Part shown: positions 8,669 to 17,600 of the stretch, in pieces
Layout: each line of letters begins with the position of its first letter
Numbering within the stretch: position 1 is the first letter of the stretch
NCBI GenBank assembly: GCA_945869825.1
Contig: CAMBQF010000002.1
Location: forward strand, 1-60,047
Reading direction: 5' to 3'
Length of the DNA stretch: 60,047 nucleotides
DNA from: Chitinophaga pinensis
GTDB taxonomy: Bacteria; Bacteroidota; Bacteroidia; CAMBQF01
Notes under the pieces: generated by a model
The model's database searches: none
The model's input: the letters and a program-made list of their open reading frames with translations, nothing else
What the model was told of the DNA's origin: nothing
Program-made: the position numbers and the translations under genes

Positions 8669-9607
8669 ATGTCGGCTCTCAGCGTACAACATTTATTAGG
8701 AATAAAAGACCTGACTGTAGCTGATATTGAGCTGATATTATCAACCGCTAAAAACTTTAAGGGCATTATAAATCAGCCCATAAAAAGGGTACCATCGTTG
8801 CGCGATGTAACTATTGCCAACCTGTTTTTTGAGAATAGCACGCGTACCCGACTATCGTTTGAGCTGGCTGAGAAGCGCCTGAGCGCCGATGTGGTAAACT
8901 TTGCCGCCTCTTCATCATCTGTTAGCAAGGGCGAAACTTTGATTGATACCGTAAACAACATACTGGCCATGAAGGTGGATATGGTAGTAATGCGCCACCC
9001 CAAACCGGGTGCTGGCGTGTTCCTGGCCAAACACATAAAAGCCAAAATAGTAAACGCCGGCGACGGTGCCCACGAGCACCCTACACAAGCGCTTTTAGAT
9101 GCCTATTCTATGCTAGAGGTGCACGGCAGCCTTAAAGGCCTTAAAGTGGCTATAGTGGGCGATATTCTACACTCACGCGTGGCGCTATCTAATATATTCC
9201 TACTGAATAAAATGGGTGCCGAAGTGGTAGTGTGCGGCCCTCCTACCCTGATGCCTAAGTTCATTACATCGCTAGGTGTGCGGGTGGAGTACGACCTTAT
9301 GAAAGCTCTGGAGTGGTGCGATGTAGCCAACATGCTCCGCATACAATTAGAAAGGCAGGATATTAAATACTTCCCATCGTTGCGGGAGTACACCATGCTA
9401 TACGGCCTTAATAAGGAGCGACTGGACAGCCTGAGCAAGAAGATTACCATAATGCACCCCGGCCCTATAAACCGTGGCATAGAGATTACCAGCGATGTTG
9501 CCGACTCTGACCAATCTATTATCTTAGACCAGGTAGAAAACGGTGTGGCGGTACGTATGGCGGTGCTGTATCTGTTGGCGGGGCAGAAGAATATTTCTGA
9601 GGCGTAG
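8669..9607 (+). CDS. pyrB: aspartate carbamoyltransferase catalytic subunit
   Basis: FFENSTRTRLSFE (STRTR), HPTQALLD and HPGP motifs. Lies immediately downstream of pyrR. Confidence 0.93.
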   Translation: MSALSVQHLLGIKDLTVADIELILSTAKNFKGIINQPIKRVPSLRDVTIANLFFENSTRTRLSFELAEKRLSADVVNFAASSSSVSKGETLIDTVNNILAMKVDMVVMRHPKPGAGVFLAKHIKAKIVNAGDGAHEHPTQALLDAYSMLEVHGSLKGLKVAIVGDILHSRVALSNIFLLNKMGAEVVVCGPPTLMPKFITSLGVRVEYDLMKALEWCDVANMLRIQLERQDIKYFPSLREYTMLYGLNKERLDSLSKKITIMHPGPINRGIEITSDVADSDQSIILDQVENGVAVRMAVLYLLAGQKNISEA

Positions 9608-9650
9608 TCTAACCAAGATTTACAAGATTAGTTTCATACCATTCTGCGTT

Positions 9651-9941
9651 ATGAATTCAGAACCTTCATTTATTGATTTAGTCAAAGAAAAAGTGCAGCC
9701 TATAGTAAAGGTAAAAGGCTATGCGCTTATTAAAGAAAGTGTAAATGTTGAGGGAGAACCAGATTATATAGTATTCTTTAAACTATACAATAGGCTAACT
9801 ATTAGCCAGGTTGATAACAATGAGAATTCTAGTACCTACTTTGTAACACACAACAATAAAAAGCTGCTTGAAGTGAATATTATTGATGTTGGAACTGAAA
9901 CGGCTTTAGCAAGTATAATAGATAAGGTTGCTAAGATTTAG
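9651..9941 (+). CDS. small hypothetical protein (AT-rich gene)
   Basis: ATG at 9651 (MNSEPSFIDL...). The longer ORF-track version (9543) overlaps the pyrB 3' end. No family recognised. Confidence 0.45.
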   Translation: MNSEPSFIDLVKEKVQPIVKVKGYALIKESVNVEGEPDYIVFFKLYNRLTISQVDNNENSSTYFVTHNNKKLLEVNIIDVGTETALASIIDKVAKI

Positions 9942-9952
9942 ACTTTCTTATT

Positions 9953-10333
9953 ATGCTAAAATCCCTCATCATATCATCCATCCTACTCACCACAATCTGC
10001 TCTGCACAGGTACTAAACCTAGCCCCGATTTTAGGCCATTGGGAGAATAGCGACGATAAGCGTAACCATATTTACATTACTGAGAAGTACATTATAGAAA
10101 AATATGATGAACAGTTAATTGATACTTTTAGCTATTCTATATCATCTGCTATTTGCGATACCGCATACCTTAAACCGGGTGTTGATACTACTGCCCTGTT
10201 TTTAGTGGAAACCAATATCCACACTGGCGACCAATACTGCTTTGAGATATTAAATGGTGGCGAAAACAGCCACCTATCATTTAGATACGTTTTTAACGGC
10301 TACCTCAATGAATTTGATAGAAAAAAAGAATAA
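9953..10333 (+). CDS. small secreted hypothetical protein
   Basis: Signal peptide MLKSLIISSILLTTICSAQ. 126 aa, AT-rich. Confidence 0.5.
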   Translation: MLKSLIISSILLTTICSAQVLNLAPILGHWENSDDKRNHIYITEKYIIEKYDEQLIDTFSYSISSAICDTAYLKPGVDTTALFLVETNIHTGDQYCFEILNGGENSHLSFRYVFNGYLNEFDRKKE

Positions 10334-10334
10334 T

Positions 10335-10369
10335 CAACTCTGTACGCTAAACGTTTAACGCTCTACGCT
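10335..10369 (-). repeat. five-unit heptanucleotide array AGCGTAG AGCGTTA AACGTTT AGCGTAC AGAGTTG (minus strand)
   Basis: Period-7 AGCGT core. The first unit contains the TAG stop of the cysteine desulfurase gene. Confidence 0.8.
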
Positions 10370-11508
10370 ACAACAGGCTTCAAAATATCCTTCAGTACAT
10401 CAACAGCATAGTCAATGTCTTGCAGTTGGGTGCTTTTGCAGAAAGAGAAACGTACTGCAGGGCGTTCCATATCGGTACCCAGAGCACGTAGCACATGCGA
10501 ACCTATATCGCTGCCCGATGAGCATGCCGAGCCACCCGAAGCAGCTACGCCATTAATATCAAGGTTAAAGAGCAGCATTTCGCCTATATCGGTCTTTGGT
10601 AAAGATACGTTTAATACTGTGTACAACGACTTGTCCATATCTCCGCTTTCGCCGTTAAACTCTACTCCAGGAAACTCGTTTTGCAATCGCCCTATCATGT
10701 AGCCTTTCAGCTCGCGTATGTGGGCGGCTTCTTTTTCCATGTCGCGGTGGGCAATTTCAAAAGCTTTGCCAAGGCCAACAATGCCGTACACATTCTCGGT
10801 ACCTCCGCGCATGTTACGCTCCTGGGCACCACCGGTAATAAAAGGTGGTATTTTAACATCGGCACTCATGTATAAAAAGCCAACGCCTTTAGGGCCATGA
10901 AATTTATGCGCGGCACACGATGCAAAATGAACTTTAACAGCTTGAAAGTCTAATGGGTAATGGCACATGGTCTGTACCGTATCGGTATGGAAAACGGCTT
11001 TGTATTGTTCGCAAAGCGCCGATACTCTTTCAATGGGTAAAAGGTTACCAATCTCGTTGTTGGCTTGCATTAGCGATACTAAGGTTTGGCCATCGTATCC
11101 GGCAAGCAGTTCTTCTAAATGGGCTAGGTCTACATTGCCTTTGGCATCAACATTTACAAGACTTAGTTTAATCTTGCCCAGCTTAGCTAAATCCTCAAGG
11201 GTGTGTAGCACAGCGTGGTGTTCTAAGGGCGAGGTTATGGCGTGTTTAATGCCCATAAACTCGGTACTACATCGCAGGGCCATGTTGTTGGCCTCCGTTC
11301 CGCCCGATGTGAATATTATCTCCGACGGCGATACATTCAGAAGCTTGGCTATCGTTTTGCGTGATTGCTCTATGGCCACCCTAACCTCAGACCCAAATTG
11401 GTGGGTTGATGATGGGTTGCCAAACTTCTCTGTCATGTACGGTAGCATAGCCTCTACCACCTCTTTGTCTAAGGCAGTAGTAGCAGCATTGTCAAGATAA
11501 ACTCTCAT
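10363..11508 (-). CDS. cysteine desulfurase (NifS/IscS family, class V aminotransferase)
   Basis: PLP-lysine context AAHKFHGPKGVG and catalytic Cys loop ASGGSACSSG. 381 aa. Confidence 0.88.
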   Translation of the reverse strand: MRVYLDNAATTALDKEVVEAMLPYMTEKFGNPSSTHQFGSEVRVAIEQSRKTIAKLLNVSPSEIIFTSGGTEANNMALRCSTEFMGIKHAITSPLEHHAVLHTLEDLAKLGKIKLSLVNVDAKGNVDLAHLEELLAGYDGQTLVSLMQANNEIGNLLPIERVSALCEQYKAVFHTDTVQTMCHYPLDFQAVKVHFASCAAHKFHGPKGVGFLYMSADVKIPPFITGGAQERNMRGGTENVYGIVGLGKAFEIAHRDMEKEAAHIRELKGYMIGRLQNEFPGVEFNGESGDMDKSLYTVLNVSLPKTDIGEMLLFNLDINGVAASGGSACSSGSDIGSHVLRALGTDMERPAVRFSFCKSTQLQDIDYAVDVLKDILKPVVA

Positions 11509-11554
11509 TTTCTTTAAATATCCAAAAATCCATCACAAAGATAAGAAATAATTA

Positions 11555-11600
11555 CCTCACCCCCTGCCAATCATAAACTCTTGACTGGAACAGGGAGAGG
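11555..11600 (+). repeat. possible degenerate third copy of the REP-like element
   Basis: CCTCACCCCCTG...(24 nt)...CAGGGAGAGG shares the CCTCACCCC and GGGAGAGG ends with copy B, but the centre differs. Confidence 0.35.
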
Positions 11601-11640
11601 TAAAAACAAAGCTCCCCCTGACATTACCGTCAGGGGGAGC
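11601..11640 (-). terminator. rho-independent terminator of the giant protein 1 gene
   Basis: Perfect 12-bp stem GCTCCCCCTGAC/GTCAGGGGGAGC with a 6-nt loop, followed on the minus strand by TTTGTTTTTA. Confidence 0.8.
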
Positions 11641-11665
11641 TTATATCAACCGATAAAAAACCGGC

Positions 11666-14600
11666 TTAGTTAAGTACTATGCGTTTGGTTATTACACCAT
11701 TGTTAGTTCGTATGCTGTATAAGTAAACACCGCGATCTAAGTTTTCAAAGTTATACTCTTTGGTGTATTTACCGGTGTAGCTTGGCAACGCCTCGCTTTG
11801 TACCACACGTCCGGTAACATCAGCAAGCGTAATGCTTACGTTTTGTTTAGACGGTATTTCGAATGTAACAGTAATATTACCTTCGGTTGGGTTGGGGTAC
11901 AGGTTGAAAGACGATACAACAGGCTGCTCGCCAACACCAAGCTTCATTACAGTAACAGGGATAGTGATGCTATCAGTACCGCAAAGGTTGGTTACTACCA
12001 GTGTTACCTGGTAAGTGCCATCTTCAGCATAGGTGTGTACAGGGTTAGGCTCTGTTGAGTTGGGGTTACCATCGCCAAATATCCACAAGTAGCTTTGGCC
12101 ATTGTCAGATAAGTTGGTAAAGTTAGCGGTTAAGCTAAAGGTGTTAAATGTGAACGATGCGTTAGGTTCTTGAATAACAAGAACTGAAATAGTATCGCTT
12201 GATGAACAACCTGAAGAGTCGGTAACAACTACCCAGTAGTTTTGAGATGTTGAAGCACTGATGATTTGTGTATTAACACCGGTGTTCCATGCATAATCAA
12301 AGTAATCAGGGCCTGCATCTAACAATACCGAACCACCAAAGCAGAAGCTTGTTGAGCCGTTAGCGGTAATATCAGCAACAGGACCGTTGTTAATGAACAC
12401 ATCTTGCGAGAATGTAGCAGGACATACGCCATTAGTAGTGTAAGTAATGGTGCTAACACCTTGCTGGCTGGCCAACAGGTTGATATTACCATTTACTGTA
12501 CTTATTGACAAATTGTTAGATCCGCTGAATACCCCACCAAGGTTACCTGTAATGGTAGGTGTTGGTGTTAAGCTTGATGATTGGCAATAAGTATACAATG
12601 GGTAAGCAAATGCTGCATCATCAGCCTGGGTAATGGTTACGCTTGTAGTAGTTGAACCTGGGCAAGCACCACCTACAGTGTAGGTAACGGTAAATGTTCC
12701 TGTTGAGCTGTTGCCAAGGTCAATCTCGCCGGTAAGGGCGTTAATTGCTAAACCGTTAGAGCCTGAGAACGAACCACCAAAGTCGCCTGTAATGTTAGGC
12801 TGTGGGTTGGTTAGGTTGTTACAGTATTGGCTTGATGAGTAGTTAAAGCCTGCATTGGCACCGTTAGTAATAGTAACGCTGAATGTTTGGCTTGCAGAGC
12901 AAATGCCATTAGTAGTATACGTAATAGTATAAGTACCTGCGGTGCTCGCACCTAAGTCAATTGAGCCAGTAGCAGGGTTAATGCTTAAGCCTGAAGGAGA
13001 AGCGCTAAATGTACCACCTGTTGTACCAGTAATAGTAGGTACAGGGGCTGTTACACCTGTTTGGCAGAATGAAGACTGGGTATAGAAGAATGTAGCATTA
13101 TCAAGTGGGGTAACGGTAACCAAAGTTTGTGTGCTACCTGCGCAGGTATTGCCATCAGTATAAGTATAGGTAATAATGTTCTGACCTAAGTTAGCGTTGG
13201 AAGGTGTAAACGTGTTGCTTACCACACCCGCTCCGCTAAATGTACCGCCGCTTGGGTTGCCTGTTAAGTTTACAGGGGCATCGTTTACACAGTAGCTGCT
13301 GCTTAAGCCTGTAATTTGAACAGATGGTGTTGCGTTAACAGTAACCTGTTGTGTGCTTGTTCCGCTGCAACCGTTGTTTGTAGTGTACAGGTAGGTAACA
13401 GTATGCGTACCGGGGCCTGCAAACAATGGGTCGAAGTTGTTACCTGTAACACCGTTTCCGCTGAATATGCCACCAGCAGGTGTGCCTGTTAAGGCAACAG
13501 GGGATGCATCTTCACAGTACTCAGCACCTAAACCGGTAAACGATACCACCGGGGCAGGGTTTACGGTTACAAACTGAGAGTATGAGTTAGAACACAAGTT
13601 ACCATCAGTAAAGGTATAGGTAACAGTAAATGTACCTTCACCAGCTTGCGATGGGCTGAACACGTTACCAGATACTCCGGTGCCGGTAAATGAACCTCCT
13701 TGTGGGAATGATGTCATTTGAACATCAGCAGATGACGTACAGTAAGCATTTAGTAAACCTGCAAAACCAACTGTTGGAAGAGGATTAACAACTACTTGTA
13801 TTGATGCTGTACCAGTACAGCCGCCTGTTGTTACAGAATAGGTAATGGTATGTACACCTGCACCCGCTGCTCCTGGGTTAAAAGTGGTTCCAGACACACC
13901 TGGGCCGCTGAATGTGCCACCTGCTGGTGTTACGTTTAGAGTAACGGGGTTAGCGCTTACACAGTAGCTTGATGCTAAGCCGGAAATTACAGGGCTTGGG
14001 GCTGGGTTTACAACTACTGTTTGGGTAGCTGTGTTGCCACAACCATTGCCATCGCTGTAAGCATAGGTTATAGTATGTGTACCAGGGCCTGAAATAGCAG
14101 GGAAGAATGTGTTTCCAGATACGCCCGGGCCACTAAATGTACCACCGCTTGGTGTACCGGTAAATGTTACCGATGCATCGTTAGAGCAGTAGGTATTAGC
14201 TAAACCAGTGATAGATACAGTAGGTTGTGCATACACTTGTACCTGTTGGGTAGTAGTGCCTGTACAACCGTTAATATCAGAGAAGGTGTAAGTAATATCA
14301 TATACACCAACACCTGCAGCTGCAGGGTCAAAGCTGTTGCCTGTTATACCGGTTCCGCTAAATGTACCACCCGATGGCAATCCGCTAAGTGTTTGTACAC
14401 CAGCCGCGATGCAATATTGAGCAGCAAGGTTGGTAATAGCCACCTGTGGGAAATCGAAAACAGTTACCGTTTGACTAACACTGTTTGAACAAGAGTTGCC
14501 ATCAGTATAGCTATAAGTAATTACATGTGTACCAACACCCGCAGTTGATGGGGTAAAGTTAGTACCCGATACACCCTGGCCTGTGAAGGTACCACCCGCA

Positions 14601-17600
14601 GGGGCACCAACCAATGGCTGGGCAGTAACGTTACCAATACAATAACTAGAGTTTAAGCCGCTAAATGCTACAACAGGCAGTGCGTTAACAACAACACCTT
14701 GTGTAGTTGTGTTAGAGCATCCGTTACCATCTGCATATGAGTAGGTAATGTTAAATGTACCTGCGCCTGCAAGTGCCGGGGTAAATGTGTTACCCGATAT
14801 GCCTGCACCGCTTAATGTACCACCTACCGGTAGGCCGCCAATGTTAACTGCAGCAGCATCTATACAATATGATGGAGCTAAACCTGTAATGCTTAATGAA
14901 GGTAGAGGGTTAACTGCTACTGTTTGTGTAACAGAGTTTGAACAGCCGTTACCATCGCTATAAGTGTAGGTAATGGTATGCGAGCCCTGTCCGGCAGTAG
15001 ATGGGTCAAACGTATTGCCACTAACACCTATACCGCTAAATGTACCACCTGCAGGTATACCTGTTAACGGAACGTTAGTAACGCTAACACAATAAGCAGA
15101 TTGTAAGTTGCTAATAGCTACTGTAGGTAATGTATTAACTACAACTGTTTGGGTAGTAGTGTTAGAGCAGCTGTTACCATCGGTATACGAGTAGGTAATA
15201 ACATGCGAACCAACACCAGCAGTTGCAGGGTCAAATGTATTGCCAGATATACCTGAACCGCTAAAAGTACCTGCAACAGGCAAACCTGTTAAAGTAACAG
15301 GGCTTGCACTTATACAATACTCAGGGTTTAGGCCGCTAAAGCTAACGGTTGGTAAATCATTTATTACAACAAGTTGAGATGTAGAGTTTGTACAGCTCAA
15401 ACCATCAGTATAAGTATAGGTTACCAGTGTTTGATTACCGTTTACTATTGATGGGAATAGCTGGTTGTTAGATACACCAATACCTGTAAATGAACCGCCC
15501 GGAGGGGTTGCAATCAGGTTGATTGGGCCAGCATCTTCACAATAATCGCTACCTAAGTTAGATATTGCGACTACCGGAAGGTCGTTAACTGTTACGTTTT
15601 GTGTAGTTGAGTTAGAACAGCTGTTACCGTCAGTGTAAGAATAGGTAATGGTGAAAGTACCTACACCCGCATCGGCAGGGTCAAAAGTAGAACCGGTAAT
15701 GCCTGTTCCACTAAATGTACCACCGTTAGGTATTCCTGTTAAAGCCACCGGAGCAGTGCTTAAGCAATATGCATTAGCAAGGCCGCTGATACCAACAACA
15801 GGCAAAGCATTAACTACCGTGCTTTGGCTTGCAGTGTTAGTACAGCCGTTACCATCGGTATAGCTGTAGTTTATAGTTATAAAACCTACACCAGCATTAG
15901 AAGGTATAAAGTCTGAACCCGAAACACCTGGACCTGATAATACACCACCCGTTGCAGGCAGTATATTTAAAGCTACCGGGGTAGAGTTATCTGTACAGTA
16001 TGATGTACCTAAACCGCTTAAAGTAACAAATGGCAAACCGTATATAGTTACTGTTTGGGTAGCTATGGCAGAACATGCGTTACCATCGGTATAAGAGTAG
16101 GTAATAACATGGTCGCCGGCAACAGTTAATGTTGGGCTAAATGTGTTACCAATTACACCCAAGCCACTAAATGTGCCACCGGCAGGCGAACCTGCAAGGG
16201 TAACAGTAGAGGCACTGATACAGTATTCTGGGTCTAAACCACTAAAACTAACTACCGGTGCAGGCAATAATATTATCGACTGGGTAGTAGATGTTGCGCA
16301 GGCGCCTGTTGTTGTGTAGGTTACTGTAAACGGAATATTTATTGTTGAGTTGCTTAGGTCAATTAAACCTGTTGAAGGGTTGATATCTAAACCTGCAGGG
16401 GTTGCGCTAAACACACCACCTGTTAAGCCTGTAATGGTAGGCGTTGGGTTAGCACCGTTTATACATATGGTTGGGTCTGCAAAGGCAAAGGCCGAGTTGT
16501 CTGCACCTGTAATAGATACCGTTTGGCTTTGCGATGCCGCACATATTCCTGTTGTAGTGTAAGTAACAGTGTATGAGCCAATAGTGCTGGCTAATAAATC
16601 AATCTCGCCTGTTGCAGGGTCTAGCGATAAACCTGCCGGGCTTGATGTAAATGTACCGCCTGATATACCCGTAATGTTAGCTACAGGGTTTGTACCTGCG
16701 TTTTGGCAGTAGCTGACCTGAGAATAACTGAATGATGGGTTATCTGCACCTGTAATAGACACAGAGAACGTAGCTGAACTTGAACATGCACCGTTGGTTG
16801 TATAAGTTACAGTGTATGGCCCGCCAGGGGTTGAGGCTGTTAGGTTAATCTCGCCTGTTGCATTATTAACAAATAAACCTGACGATGCGGTAAACGTGCC
16901 ACCTGCTAAACCTGTAATGGTTGGCAATGGGTTTGTACCATTAGTACAGTAGCTACTTGTGCCATAGCTAAATGATGCATCATCTGTTTGGGTAATATTA
17001 ATAGTAAAAGTTGATTGTGATGGGCAAGGACCTGCACTTGTATAAGTTACCGTGTATGGGCCACCTGCTGCTGATGCTGCAAGGTCTATAACACCTGTTG
17101 TTGGATCTATAGATAAACCTGCTGTTGCAGTAAATGAACCACCACCAACTGAAATAATAGGCGTTGGATCAACTCCGTTTTTACAATAAGTGCTTTGCGC
17201 GTAGCTAAAGGTTGATACGCCTGCTACCGTAATGCTTACCGATTGGGTAGCTGTATTAGGGCAAGTACCGTTGGTTGTGTAAGTTACCGTATATGGACCA
17301 CCCACTGTTGATGCTGATACATCAATAACACCCGTAGATGCATCAACCACTAAACCTGCAGTCGCAGAGAACGAACCACCTGCTAAACCTGTAATAGTAG
17401 GTGTAGCATCAGCACCGTTAACACAATAGCTTGATGCGCTGTAGCTAAACGATGCATCGTCTGGCACATCAATAGTAACTGTTTGCGTACTTGTAGTTGC
17501 ACAGGCTCCACCGGTTGAAAGGTAAGATACTGCATAGGTATTAGCTGTTGAAGCTGACACATCTATAGCACCTGTACCCGGGTTGATTGACAAGCCCGAT

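Noticed and set aside
9543-9650. A longer version of the small ORF that starts inside pyrB.
   Set aside because: It overlaps the pyrB 3' end by 65 nt and has an odd Cys/Arg/Trp-rich composition. ATG 9651 gives a sensible start.
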